DNA from: Hyphomicrobiales bacterium
Lineage (GTDB): Bacteria; Pseudomonadota; Alphaproteobacteria; Rhizobiales; Methylopilaceae
Length of the DNA: 64,000 nucleotides
Direction of reading: 5' to 3'
Assembly: GCA_022842205.1 (NCBI GenBank)
Contig: JALHQA010000005.1
Span: 81,616-145,615, forward strand
Shown here: positions 14,786 through 25,500 of the stretch, in pieces
Layout: every line of letters starts with the position of its first letter
Numbering within the stretch: the stretch's first letter is position 1
Position numbers and translations under genes: made by a program
The notes under the pieces: generated by a model
Database searches by the model: none
What the model was told of the DNA's origin: nothing
The model's input: only the letters and a program-made list of their open reading frames with translations

Positions 14786-17260
14786 ATGCGGAACGCGAGG
14801 GAGCGGCGTGCCTATGCGATTCCGCTCGCAGGCGTCCTGCTGTCATCGACCCTGCTTTCGTCGTCCTCCGTCCATGCCCAATCCGTCTTCGCGCTGGCGA
14901 GCGAACAGAGCTGGGGCCTTGGCTGGGCCGCGGTCTCGCTCGGCCTGCTGTGCGCGACGACCGCGACCGCCGTGCTCCATGCCCGCCACCGCTCGCGCGC
15001 CGGGGTCGAACAATCCACGCTGCGCAAGATGGTGTCGGACCTCAGGGCCCGGCTGGAGCGCGCCGAGGCGATGGCGGCGACCGAGCCGCAGATCGTCGCG
15101 AGCTTCGGCGGCACCAGCGAGGAGCCCGATGTCGCCGGCATGCTGCCGGGAAGCCTGAGCGTGCCGCCGGGCCGCAAGGCGCTGGCGTTCGGGTCGTGGA
15201 CCTCGCCCGACCAGGCCGCGCAGCTGGAAGACCAGGTTGAGCGGCTGAGGGCGCGCGGCGAGGCGTTCGACACGCTGGTGACGACGAAAAAGGGCGAGCA
15301 TGTCGCGGTCGACGGCCGCGCCGCCGGCGGGCGCGCCGTGGTGCGCATCCGCTCGCTCGCGGGCGAGGCGCTGCAGCTGTCCGAGATGAAGATGCGCCAC
15401 GCCGAGATGCAGCGCGAGGTGGCGCGCTTCCATGCCCTGCTCGACCGCCTGCCGCAGCCGGCCTGGCTGCGCGCGCCGGACGGCAGGATTTCCTGGGCCA
15501 ACTCGGCCTATGCCGAAACCGTCGACGCGGCGCCGGGCGGTGTCGCCGGTGGCGGCGCCAATCTCGACATTCTCGAAGTGTCGGCGCGGAAGAAGGCGGC
15601 GCTGATGACCGCGGCCGGCCAGAGTTTCCGCGACCGCACGCCCGTCATTACGCACGGCCAGCGCCGCGTGTTCGAGGTGATCGAGGTGCCGCATGAAGGC
15701 GGCGCGGCGGGCCTTGCGGTCGACATGACCGAGCTCGAAAGCCTGAAGTCCGATCTCGTGCGCCGCATCGAAAGTCACCGCAAGACGCTCGACGAGCTGG
15801 CGACCGGCGTCGCCATCTTCGCCGCCGACCAGCGGCTTGCGTTCCACAACCACGCCTTCCACCGGCTGTGGCAGCTCGACACCGCGTTCCTGTCGCAGGA
15901 GCCGACCGACGGCGCGATCCTCGATCGCCTGCGCGCCGAGGAACTGCTGCCGGTGCCGACCGATTACAAGGGGTGGAAGGCGCAGCTGCACGAAGCCTAT
16001 CGCGCGGTGGAGCCGCGCGAGCACTGGTGGCATCTTCCGGACGGGCGCACGCTGCGCGTCGTACAGACGCCAAACCCCGAAGGCGGCGTGACCTATCTGT
16101 TCGACGACGTGACCGAGCGGATCGACCTCGAAAGCCGCTTCAACGCGCTGGCGCGCGTGCAGCGCGAGACGCTCGATCATCTGCGCGATGCGGTCGCGGT
16201 GTTCGGCTCCGACGGGCGGCTGAAGCTCTACAATCCCGCCTTCGCGCAGATGTGGCGGCTGCCGCAGAGCGAACTCCAGGCGCTGCCGCATGCCGTGCGC
16301 GTGTTCCAGCTCTGCCAGCAGATGCACGCGCCCGCCGAGCCGTGGGACATGCTGAAAATGGCGGTGACGGCGATTCCGGAAAGCCGGATGCCGGTTGGCG
16401 GCCGCATCGAGCGTATGGACGGTGCCGCCATCGATATCGGCACCGTTCCGCTGCCGGACGGCGCGACGCTGGTGACCTTCTCCGACGTGACGGCTTCGGT
16501 GCGCATGGAGCGCGCACTGACGGAGCGGAACGAGGCGCTGGAGGCCGCGGGCCTGCTGAAATCCAACTTCGTCAAGCACGTGTCCTACGAACTGCGCGCG
16601 CCGCTGACCAATGTCATCGGATTCGCGCAGCTTCTTTCCGATCCGAACACCGGCCCCCTGACCGACAAGCAGCGCGAATATGCCGGCCATGTCCTCGACA
16701 GCTCGGCGAGTCTGTACACGATCATCAACGATATTCTCGATCTCACCACGATCGACGCCGGCACGATGGAACTCGAGCTCTCGCGCGTCGACATCCGGGA
16801 TGCGGTCGACGCCGCGGTCGAGGGCATGCGCGGGCGTCTTCAGGAGAGCGGGACAAATCTCGACATCCACGTGCCGCCGGGCATCGGCAGCTTCATCGCC
16901 GACGAGAAGCGAGTGCGGCAGGTTCTGTTCAACCTGCTCTCCAACGCCGTCGGTTTCTCGCCGGAGGACAAGCCGGTGCGGCTCGAGGTCGAGCGCGGCG
17001 ACCGCACCGTCATTTTCCGCGTCAACGACCAGGGGCGCGGCATCGACGCCGACCAGATCGACAAGGTGTTCGACCGGTTCGAGACCCGCACGGAAGGCTC
17101 GCGCCATCGCGGGGTGGGGCTTGGCCTTTCCATCGTCCGCAGCTTCGTTGAACTGCATGGCGGCTCCGTCTCGATCGACAGCACGCCGGGCAGCGGCACG
17201 GAAGTGACCTGCATTTTCCCCGAGGATGGTGGCGGCGCGGCCCGCGTCGCGGCAGAATAA
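14786..17260 (+). CDS. membrane-bound multi-PAS sensor histidine kinase
   Basis: N-terminal signal/TM segments are followed by repeated PAS-like blocks ('HNHAFHRLWQLD', 'YNPAFAQMWRLP'). It has the H-box 'VSYELRAPLTNVIGF' and HATPase motifs ('NDQGRGI', 'GVGLGLSIVRSFV'). The position after ahcY is conserved. Confidence 0.85.
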   Translation: MRNARERRAYAIPLAGVLLSSTLLSSSSVHAQSVFALASEQSWGLGWAAVSLGLLCATTATAVLHARHRSRAGVEQSTLRKMVSDLRARLERAEAMAATEPQIVASFGGTSEEPDVAGMLPGSLSVPPGRKALAFGSWTSPDQAAQLEDQVERLRARGEAFDTLVTTKKGEHVAVDGRAAGGRAVVRIRSLAGEALQLSEMKMRHAEMQREVARFHALLDRLPQPAWLRAPDGRISWANSAYAETVDAAPGGVAGGGANLDILEVSARKKAALMTAAGQSFRDRTPVITHGQRRVFEVIEVPHEGGAAGLAVDMTELESLKSDLVRRIESHRKTLDELATGVAIFAADQRLAFHNHAFHRLWQLDTAFLSQEPTDGAILDRLRAEELLPVPTDYKGWKAQLHEAYRAVEPREHWWHLPDGRTLRVVQTPNPEGGVTYLFDDVTERIDLESRFNALARVQRETLDHLRDAVAVFGSDGRLKLYNPAFAQMWRLPQSELQALPHAVRVFQLCQQMHAPAEPWDMLKMAVTAIPESRMPVGGRIERMDGAAIDIGTVPLPDGATLVTFSDVTASVRMERALTERNEALEAAGLLKSNFVKHVSYELRAPLTNVIGFAQLLSDPNTGPLTDKQREYAGHVLDSSASLYTIINDILDLTTIDAGTMELELSRVDIRDAVDAAVEGMRGRLQESGTNLDIHVPPGIGSFIADEKRVRQVLFNLLSNAVGFSPEDKPVRLEVERGDRTVIFRVNDQGRGIDADQIDKVFDRFETRTEGSRHRGVGLGLSIVRSFVELHGGSVSIDSTPGSGTEVTCIFPEDGGGAARVAAE

Positions 17261-17264
17261 GGGC

Positions 17265-18779
17265 ATGAACGACAAAGCGGTCCGGGCGCACAGGCTGACG
17301 CTCCCCGACGAGGCGGCGACGGCGCGGCTGGCGGCGGCGCTGGCTCCGATGTTCGCGCCGGGCGATATCGTGACGCTCGCGGGCGATCTCGGCTCGGGCA
17401 AGACGACGTTTGCGCGCTATGTGGTGCGCCAGCTCGCGGGCAATCCGCAGCTCGACGTGCCGAGCCCGACCTTCAGCCTGATGCAGACCTATGAGACGCC
17501 GCGCGGGCTGATCGTGCACGCAGATCTCTACCGCATCACCGGCGCGGCCGAGCTCGCGGAGATCGGCTGGGAAGACAATGCGGCGAACGCGATCCTTCTC
17601 GTCGAATGGCCCGACCGCGCCGAGAACGAGCTTTCCGGCGAACGTCTCGAACTGCGGTTCGAGATCGACCTCGAACAACCCCAGAGCCGGCGCGTGACGA
17701 TCATGCCGCACGGCAACTGGCCGGCGCGCATCTCGCGCGCGCTGCAGATTGCCGGTTTCCTCGACCAGATCGGCTGGGCCGGCGCGCGGCGCGAGCATGT
17801 GAAGGGCGACGCCTCGACGCGCCGCTACGAGCGGCTGATCGAACGGGGCCGCAGCGCGATATTGATGGATTCGCCGCGTCAGCCCGACGGGCCGCCGATC
17901 CGCGGCGGCAAGCCCTACAGCCGCATCGCCCATCTCGCCGAGGATACCGTTCCGTTCGCGGCGGTCGCGGTGGTGCTGCGCTCGCTGAACTATTCCGCGC
18001 CGGAAATCCTGGCCGCCGATTTCGAGCGCGGGTTCCTCCTCGTCGAGGATCTCGGGCGGACCGGCGTCGTCGAAAACGGCCTGCATGTACCCGAGCGGAT
18101 GAAGGCGGCGACGGATGTTCTCGTCGATCTGCACCGGCACGACATGCCGCGCGAGGTGCCGCTCGACCGCGGCGCCTATCACGTGCCGTCCTACGACATG
18201 GACGCGCTCCTGATCGAGACCGAGCTACTGCTCGACTGGTATCTGCCGCATATGCGCCGCGCGCCGACACAGGCGCAGCGCGAGGAATTCGTCGCGCTGT
18301 GGCGTCATGTATTGACGCCGATCGTCGAGGCGCCGACGGCCTGGGTGCTGCGCGACTATCATTCACCGAACCTGATGTGGCTGCCGGAGCGCGAGGGCAT
18401 AAGCCGGGTGGGCCTGCTCGATTTCCAGGACGCAGTAATCGGCCATCCTGCCTATGATGTCGTCTCGCTGTTGCAGGATGCGCGGGTCGATGTGCCTGAA
18501 GCTCTGGAAATGCAGCTGCTGACGCAATATGTCACCGGACGGCGCGCCGCCGATTCGCGCTTCCAGCCGCTGGATTTCGCCGCGGCCTATGCCACGCTCG
18601 GCGCCCAGCGCGCGACCAAGATCCTCGGCATTTTCGTCCGCCTCGCGCTGCGCGACGGCAAGCAGGACTATCTGAAGCACATACCGCGGCTGATTGCCTA
18701 TCTCGACCGCGATCTCGCGCATCCGTCGATGGCGCCGCTGAGAACCTGGTATCTCGACGCCTTCGGAGGCAAGAAATGA
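17265..18779 (+). CDS. bifunctional TsaE (t6A ATPase) / aminoglycoside-phosphotransferase-fold kinase (AmgK-like)
   Basis: The N-terminal part is TsaE ('LAGDLGSGKTTFARYV', 'PSPTFSLMQTY', 'VHADLYR'). From about aa 165 it has an APH-fold kinase ('KGDASTRRYERL', 'LRDYHSPNLMWL', 'LLDFQDA'). Confidence 0.75.
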   Translation: MNDKAVRAHRLTLPDEAATARLAAALAPMFAPGDIVTLAGDLGSGKTTFARYVVRQLAGNPQLDVPSPTFSLMQTYETPRGLIVHADLYRITGAAELAEIGWEDNAANAILLVEWPDRAENELSGERLELRFEIDLEQPQSRRVTIMPHGNWPARISRALQIAGFLDQIGWAGARREHVKGDASTRRYERLIERGRSAILMDSPRQPDGPPIRGGKPYSRIAHLAEDTVPFAAVAVVLRSLNYSAPEILAADFERGFLLVEDLGRTGVVENGLHVPERMKAATDVLVDLHRHDMPREVPLDRGAYHVPSYDMDALLIETELLLDWYLPHMRRAPTQAQREEFVALWRHVLTPIVEAPTAWVLRDYHSPNLMWLPEREGISRVGLLDFQDAVIGHPAYDVVSLLQDARVDVPEALEMQLLTQYVTGRRAADSRFQPLDFAAAYATLGAQRATKILGIFVRLALRDGKQDYLKHIPRLIAYLDRDLAHPSMAPLRTWYLDAFGGKK

Positions 18780-19495
18780 CGCCGCCGAAGACGGCCATGG
18801 TTCTGGCGGCGGGACTTGGCACGCGGATGCGGCCCCTGACCGACGCAAAACCCAAGCCCCTGGTCGAAGTGTATGGACGGACGCTTGTCGACCGGGTGCT
18901 GGACCGGCTCGAAGGCGCGGGCGTCGCGACCGTTGTGGTGAACGTTCACCACCACGCCGACCTGCTTGAACGCCACCTCAAGGCGCGCAGAACGCCAAAG
19001 ATCGTGCTCTCCGACGAGCGCGCCAAGCTGCTCGATTCCGGCGGCGGGGTGAAGAAGGCGCTGCCGCAGCTCGGGCAAGGCCCGTTCTTCATCGTCAACT
19101 CCGATACGATCTGGATCGAGGGCATGCAGCGCAACCTGCCGATGCTGGCGGGGAGGTTCGATCCCGCGCGCATGGATGCGCTTCTGCTGCTGGCGGCGAC
19201 GGCGACGAGCCGCGGCTATGACGGAAGGGGGGATTTCTCCGCCGATTCCGACGGGCGGCTGACACGTCGCGCCGAGGGGCAGGTGACGCCCTTCGTCTAT
19301 GCCGGAGCCATCGTCACGACGGCGGATTTCTTCAAGGGCGCGCCGGACGGGCCGTTCTCGCTGAACCTTCTGTTCGATCGTGCGATCGAGAGGGATCGTC
19401 TGTACGGCATCCGGCTCGACGGCACATGGATGCATGTCGGAACGCCCGATGCCATTGCCGAGGCGGAGGCCTGCTATGCCGCCGACCAGGGCTGA
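18776..19495 (+). CDS. murU: nucleotidyltransferase, MurU-like (MurNAc-1-P uridylyltransferase)
   Basis: 'AMVLAAGLGTRMRPLTDAKPKPLVEV' is a sugar-1-P nucleotidyltransferase N-terminus. ATGA overlap with the amgK-like gene matches the known amgK-murU pairing. Confidence 0.7.
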   Translation: MTPPKTAMVLAAGLGTRMRPLTDAKPKPLVEVYGRTLVDRVLDRLEGAGVATVVVNVHHHADLLERHLKARRTPKIVLSDERAKLLDSGGGVKKALPQLGQGPFFIVNSDTIWIEGMQRNLPMLAGRFDPARMDALLLLAATATSRGYDGRGDFSADSDGRLTRRAEGQVTPFVYAGAIVTTADFFKGAPDGPFSLNLLFDRAIERDRLYGIRLDGTWMHVGTPDAIAEAEACYAADQG

Positions 19496-22400
19496 ACCGC
19501 GTACGCGGCGGTGTCTTCTGTCCGTTCCTTCGGGCGTGCCGTTTCTCGAAACGCTGGCCGAGGCGCTGCTCGACGGCGGGCTGGTTCCGGGCCTGAAGCC
19601 GCTGGGCGGCGATCCGCTCGCGCTGTCGGAAGCCTTGATCTTTCTGCCGACGCGGCGCGCGGCGAAGGAGTTCGAAGCAATCGTCTCCGAAATGCTTGGC
19701 GGGGCGGCGCTGCTTCCGCGTGTCCTGACGCTTGGCGGACTCGGTGAGGACGAGGACTTCGAGGACCCCGCAGGCGGCGGCGCCGTCATCGGCGAGACCG
19801 AAAGGCGTCTTGTGCTTGCGCGCTTCATTCGGGATTGGGCGCGCATCATTTCTCGTGCCGTGTCCGCGGCTCCGGACGAAGCGGACCTGATATCGACCTC
19901 GCCCGCGGAGGCGATGTCGCTGGCGATCGCGCTCGGCCAGTTGATCGACAGTTTCGAAACCGAAGGTACGCAGTGGGAGAAACTTGCGAAGCTCGTCCCG
20001 CCCGAACATGACAGGTATTGGGAGATGACAACAAGCTTTCTGAATGTCGCCGCCGAGAAATGGCCGGAACATCTGAGGGACGAACGTAAGGTCGGACGGG
20101 TCGCGCGCCACAACGCCATGCTGCGCGCACTGGCGGAACGATTGCGCGAGAACCCGCCGCAGACGCCGGTGATCGTCGCCGGTTCGACCGGCTCCAACCC
20201 CGCGACCGCGGACCTGATGCGAGTCGTGGCGCAACTGCCTTATGGCGCGGTGGTGCTGCACGGGCTCGACGTGCGCGCCGACGCGGAGACATGGGCCGCC
20301 ATCGGCGGCGCGGGCACGAAGGGCGAGGTTCCGGCACAAGCCTGGACGCATCCGCAACACGCGTTTCATCGCCTCCTTGCGCGGCTCGATGTGCAGCCCG
20401 GCGAAGTCGGCCTCATCGGCAAAGAGGACGCGGCGCGCGACCGGCGCCGCGCACTGATCTCGCAGGCCATGCTGCCGTCCGATCTCACCGACCGCTGGAC
20501 CGGTCTGAGTATTGACGCCGCGCCCGCGCTCGACGGCGTGACGCTGGTCGAGGCGGCGAACGAGCGCGAGGAAGCGCTGGGGATCGCGATCGCGCTGCGC
20601 GAGGCGCTGGAACAGCCGCGCAGGACGGCGGCACTGGTGACGCCCGACCGCAATCTCGCGCGCCGCGTCAGTGCCGAACTCATGCGCTGGGGCATCGTTT
20701 CGGAGGATTCGGCGGGCCTGCCTCTGGCCGACAGCCCGGCCGGCATTCTCGCACGCCTCGTCGCCGAGGCGGCTGCGGATGATCTCGAGCCGCAATCGCT
20801 GATCGCGCTGCTGCGGCACGGCCACACGCAGCTGGGCTGGGACGGCAAGGAATTGCTGCGCGCGGCCGACGCGCTGGAAATCGGCGTGCTGCGCGGCGCG
20901 GCCCCGCCACCCGGCGCCGACGGCCTGTTGCAGAAGCTGACGCTCGAAGAGGTGGCGGGCGAGCGCGACCGGTATTTCTGGCATGGCGCCAAGCGCGCGC
21001 TCCGGCCGGAGGAATGGGACGGCGCGCGGAAACTTGTCGGTGCGCTGCGTGTCGCACTGGAGCCGCTCTGCGCGTATGTACGAAGCGGACGCGAGGCGCC
21101 GCTCGCCGACATTCTCGTCGCACATCGCGACGCGCTGGAAGCGGTGCGGCTCGGCGGAGCCGCGGACCGCGATCATGCCGAACTTCTTGCCTTCTTCGAC
21201 GAGGCTCTGAAAGGCCCGTCCGCGGCGATCCATGTTCGTCTCGCTGGCTATCCCGTTCTGTTCAAAACCATGCTGCGCGGCAAGACCGCGAAATCCGTGC
21301 GGCCGGTGCATCCGCGGCTGAAAATTCTCGGAACGCTCGAAGCGCGTCTCCTCGGCTTCGACCGCGTCGTGCTCGGCGGCTTGAACGAGACGAACTGGCC
21401 GGCGCCGGCGGAGAACGATCCGTTTCTATCGCGTCCGATGCGCGGCGCGCTCGGGCTGCCGCCGCCGGAATGGCGCACCGGGCAGCAGGCGCATGATTTC
21501 GAGCAGTTGATGGGCGGCGGCGACGTCGTACTGACACGTTCGCTGAAGGCCGGCGGCGCACCCTCGGTCGCGGCGCGCTGGCTGCAGCGGCTTGAAGCCG
21601 TGGCCGGAGCCGAGGTCTGGGCGGAGCTCAGGGCGCGCGGCGAAAACTATCTGGCTTTTGCCGCCGCGCTCGATGCCGCGCCCGGCCCGCCGCCGCGTTT
21701 GCAGAGACCGGAGCCGCGACCCAGGCGCGAGCTGAGGCCCGCATCGTTGTCGGTGACGGAAATCGAGACGCTGATCCGCGATCCCTACGCCATCTATGCG
21801 CGTCATGTGCTGAAGCTGAGCCCTTTGGAAAAAGCGGGCGAGCTGCCCCAGGCTTCCGATCGCGGCACGATCATTCACGATGCGCTGGCGGAGTTCGCGC
21901 AGAACCACGATGTCATGGCGGCGGACGCGGAGGACAGGCTGATCGACATCGGCCGGCGGCATTTCCAGCCCTATTGGGATTTTCCGGATGTGCGCGCGCT
22001 GTGGTGGCCGCGGTTCGAGCGCATCGTGCGCTGGTATGTCGGATGGGAGCGCGAGCGCCGCCCGCGCGTGGACAGGATGTTCACCGAAGTCGGGGGCAGA
22101 ATCGAATGGGACACGGCGGAAGGGCGCCCGTTCCGCCTGCGCGGCCGCGCCGATCGCTTCGACGCAATGGGCGGCGGCTATTCCGTCATCGACTACAAGA
22201 CCGGGACGCCGCCCGGCAGCAGCGAGGTGCGCGCGGGCTTCGCGCCGCAATTGCCGCTCGAAGCCGCGATCCTGGCGCAGGGCGGCTTTGACGGCGTGCC
22301 AGCTGGCGAGCCACTGGAGTATCTATATGTACGTCTTTCCGGCCAGAACGATGGCGGCGAGGAACGGCGCATCGAGATGAAGGACGGGCTGACGCCGCAG

Positions 22401-22592
22401 GCGCTGGCGGACGAAAAGCTCGACAGGCTGAAAAAGCTGATCGACATCTACGAGCAGGAGGACACGCCCTATCTGTCGAACACGCGGCCGAAATTCCTGC
22501 GACTGGTGAACGGCGACTACGATCATCTCGCGCGCTATGCCGAATGGTCGCTGGCGCCGGAGCCCGGCGAGGAGGACGAGAATGGCGCGTGA
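19476..22592 (+). CDS. addB: double-strand break repair protein AddB (alphaproteobacterial type)
   Basis: About 1038 aa from the internal ATG 19476. It has the C-terminal RecB-family nuclease motif 'VIDYKTG' and directly precedes addA. Confidence 0.85.
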   Translation: MPPTRAEPRTRRCLLSVPSGVPFLETLAEALLDGGLVPGLKPLGGDPLALSEALIFLPTRRAAKEFEAIVSEMLGGAALLPRVLTLGGLGEDEDFEDPAGGGAVIGETERRLVLARFIRDWARIISRAVSAAPDEADLISTSPAEAMSLAIALGQLIDSFETEGTQWEKLAKLVPPEHDRYWEMTTSFLNVAAEKWPEHLRDERKVGRVARHNAMLRALAERLRENPPQTPVIVAGSTGSNPATADLMRVVAQLPYGAVVLHGLDVRADAETWAAIGGAGTKGEVPAQAWTHPQHAFHRLLARLDVQPGEVGLIGKEDAARDRRRALISQAMLPSDLTDRWTGLSIDAAPALDGVTLVEAANEREEALGIAIALREALEQPRRTAALVTPDRNLARRVSAELMRWGIVSEDSAGLPLADSPAGILARLVAEAAADDLEPQSLIALLRHGHTQLGWDGKELLRAADALEIGVLRGAAPPPGADGLLQKLTLEEVAGERDRYFWHGAKRALRPEEWDGARKLVGALRVALEPLCAYVRSGREAPLADILVAHRDALEAVRLGGAADRDHAELLAFFDEALKGPSAAIHVRLAGYPVLFKTMLRGKTAKSVRPVHPRLKILGTLEARLLGFDRVVLGGLNETNWPAPAENDPFLSRPMRGALGLPPPEWRTGQQAHDFEQLMGGGDVVLTRSLKAGGAPSVAARWLQRLEAVAGAEVWAELRARGENYLAFAAALDAAPGPPPRLQRPEPRPRRELRPASLSVTEIETLIRDPYAIYARHVLKLSPLEKAGELPQASDRGTIIHDALAEFAQNHDVMAADAEDRLIDIGRRHFQPYWDFPDVRALWWPRFERIVRWYVGWERERRPRVDRMFTEVGGRIEWDTAEGRPFRLRGRADRFDAMGGGYSVIDYKTGTPPGSSEVRAGFAPQLPLEAAILAQGGFDGVPAGEPLEYLYVRLSGQNDGGEERRIEMKDGLTPQALADEKLDRLKKLIDIYEQEDTPYLSNTRPKFLRLVNGDYDHLARYAEWSLAPEPGEEDENGA

Positions 22593-25500
22593 GCTTTCGC
22601 CCAGCGAACTGACGCGCGAACGCCAGCGCCGCGCCGCCGATCCGGCCGCCTCGGCCTGGGTGTCGGCCAATGCCGGTTCCGGAAAGACCCATGTGCTCGC
22701 CAACCGCGTGATGCGGCTGCTGCTCAGCGGCGTCGAGCCGTCGAAGATCCTGTGTCTGACATTCACGCGCGCGGCGGCGGCGCATATGTCGAACACCGTT
22801 TTCCGGCGGCTCGGGGCCTGGGCAACGATGCCGGAAGCGGACCTTGCGAGGGCGCTGCATGACATCGGCGAGAACGCGGATCGCCTGACACTCGCGCGGG
22901 CGCGCAAGCTGTTTGCCCGCGCGCTGGATACGCCGGGCGGCCTGAAGGTTCTGACCATACATGCGTTCTGCGAGAAGCTGCTGCACCAGTTTCCGTTCGA
23001 GGCACGGGTCGCCGCGGCGTTCACGGTGCTGGACGACCGCCAGCGCGCGGAGCTGATCACGGAAGCGCGCAACGACGTTCTGACCCTCGCGGTCGAGGAG
23101 CAGCACGGCCTGCTCGGCAGCGCGCTCTCGATGCTGGTCGCGGAAGCAAGCGACGGTGTGATGCTGCGCGCGCTGAACGATGTGCTGTGGCGGGGGGAGC
23201 AGCTCAACGCGCTGATGCGGCCGGACGGCGCGGACGCCAGCGCGCGGGTCAGAAACCGCATCGAGCAGGCGGTTGGCGTCGGGCAGGGCGAGACCCAGGC
23301 GGCGGTCGAGGCGGAAATTCTGGGCGATGGTATTCCGCAGGCGCGCTGGAGCGAACTGATCGGCTGGCTGCGCTCCGGAACGCCGAGCGATCACAAGCTC
23401 GCGGCATGTCTCGAGGACGCGACGAAGGAAAGCAATCCGCAAAAGCGCGGCGAGCTTTATCTCGATCTGTGCCTGACCAAGGATCGCAAGGGGCGATCCG
23501 ACAAGGCGTTTGTCACGAAGAAGTTGCAGAACCAGCGCCGCGATCTGTACGAACTTCTTTTGAGCGAGCGCAAACGGCTGGTGCCCCTGATCGAGCGCCG
23601 CCGTGCGGCCGCGGCGGCGGAACGCAGCTTTGCATTGCTTGTCGTGGCCGACGCGATCTGGCAGCGCTATCGCGCGGAAAAGGCGCGGCGCGGCGTGCTC
23701 GACTTCGCCGATCTGATCGCGGCTGCAAAGCGCCTTCTGAAGGACGAAGGCGCGGCCTGGGTGCATTACAAGCTCGACGAGGGCATCGACCATATCCTCG
23801 TCGACGAGGCGCAGGACACATCGCCCGACCAGTGGGAAATCGTCGAGCGGTTGACCTCGGAGTTCATGGCGGGCGCCGGGGCGCGCGATGTGGCGCGCAC
23901 CGTGTTCGCCGTCGGCGACGAAAAGCAATCGATCTTCGGCTTCCAGGGCGCGGCGCCGGACATGTTCGCGAGCGTGCGCGGATATTATCGCACCGGCCAC
24001 GAGGCAGCGGGGCTGACGTTCAACGAAGAGCCGCTGAACCAGAGCTTCCGCACCGCCGCCGATGTACTGACGGTAGTGGACCGTGTGTTCAAGTTCGAGG
24101 CGGCGCATCGCGGCCTGACGTCGGAGGGCGGCGGCACGCTGCACGACACAGCGCGGCGCGGCGCGCCCGGAGAGGTGCAGGTCTGGCCGCTGCTCGTTCC
24201 CGACGAAAAGGAAGACGACGACAAGCCGTGGTTCATGCCGCTCGATGCGCAGCAGGAGAAGAGCCCGCTGGTGCGCAATGCGGTGCGCATCGCCCATGCC
24301 GTGAAGGGCTGGACCGAAGGGCGCGATGCGCTCGGCCCATGTGCACCGGTGCCGGAAGGACAGATACTCATTCTTGTGCGCAATCGCGGGCCGCTGTTCG
24401 AGGCCATCCTGCGCGAGCTGAAGGCGCGCAATGTGCGCGTTGCCGGCGCCGACCGGCTCGATGTCGGCAAGCATATCGCCGCGCTCGATCTTCTGGCGCT
24501 CGCCGACTGCCTTTTGCTGCCGGACGACGATCTGGCGCTGGCGGGCGTTCTGAAAAGCCCGCTGTTCGGTTTCGACGACGATGATCTTTTGCGCCTCGCA
24601 CCCGAGCGCAAAGGCAGTCTTCGCCGCGCGCTGCGCGAGGCGGCCGACGAGAAATACCGCGGCGCGTATGATCGGCTTGCATCGCTGGCGCGGGACGCGC
24701 GGCGCCTGAGGCCGTTCGACTTCTATGCCGGCCTGATCGGCGCGGGCGGCGCGCGCAAGGCCTATCGCGCGCGGCTCGGCGGCGAGGTCGACGACGTGCT
24801 CGACGAATTCCTGCGTCTTGCGATGACCCATGGCGAGAGCGAGACCGCGACCCTTGCGGGCTTTGCCGCCTGGATGCGGGCCGCCCCCGCCGAGATCAAG
24901 CGCGACCTCGAAACAGCCGGCAATGATGTGCGCGTGATGACCGCGCATGGCGCGAAGGGCCTCGAGGCGCGGCTGGTCGTGCTTGCGGATTTCGGCGCCG
25001 AGCGCGCGCCCACCCTGGCGCCCTGTATTTACGAGCCGGCCGAGGACGGCCGCCGCGAGGGCGAAGCGGAGCTTCTGCTCTGGTCGCGTCGCAAGAAGGA
25101 CGACCCCGCGACGCTTCTGGCCGCGCGCGACGAGGAGAAGCGGCTCGACGAAGCGGAGCACAGGCGGCTGCTGTATGTCGCGCTGACGCGGGCCGAGGAC
25201 CGGCTGATCATCGCCGGGCACAAGACCGAGCGCATCAAGTCCGAGGGCGCGTGGTACACGCTCGTCGCCGACGCGCTGACGGCCGCCGGTGACGATGATC
25301 GTCCGTTCGCCGAATCGCGCGAAGTCGAGACGCTTGGCGGAACGGTGCTGGTCTATGGCGCAAGCGGGTCGAGCGGCGTCGAGGCGCGAGAGACAAGGCC
25401 CACGCCCGCCCTGCCGGGCTGGCTGACGAAGAAGATCGATGCGGAAGCGCCACCGCCGGAACCGCTGTCGCCGTCGCGCGCCCTGGAGCATGTCTTTACG

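Noticed and set aside
14843-17401. An 852-aa ORF antisense to the PAS histidine kinase. Similar very long antisense ORFs occur at 1959..3686, 3693..4895, 19332..21311, 22186..25557, 27718..29061 and 59896..61401.
   Set aside because: Their translations are Arg/Ala/Gly/Pro-rich with no recognisable motifs. They lie exactly opposite genes with strong homology signatures. These are classic stop-codon-poor shadow ORFs of a high-GC genome.
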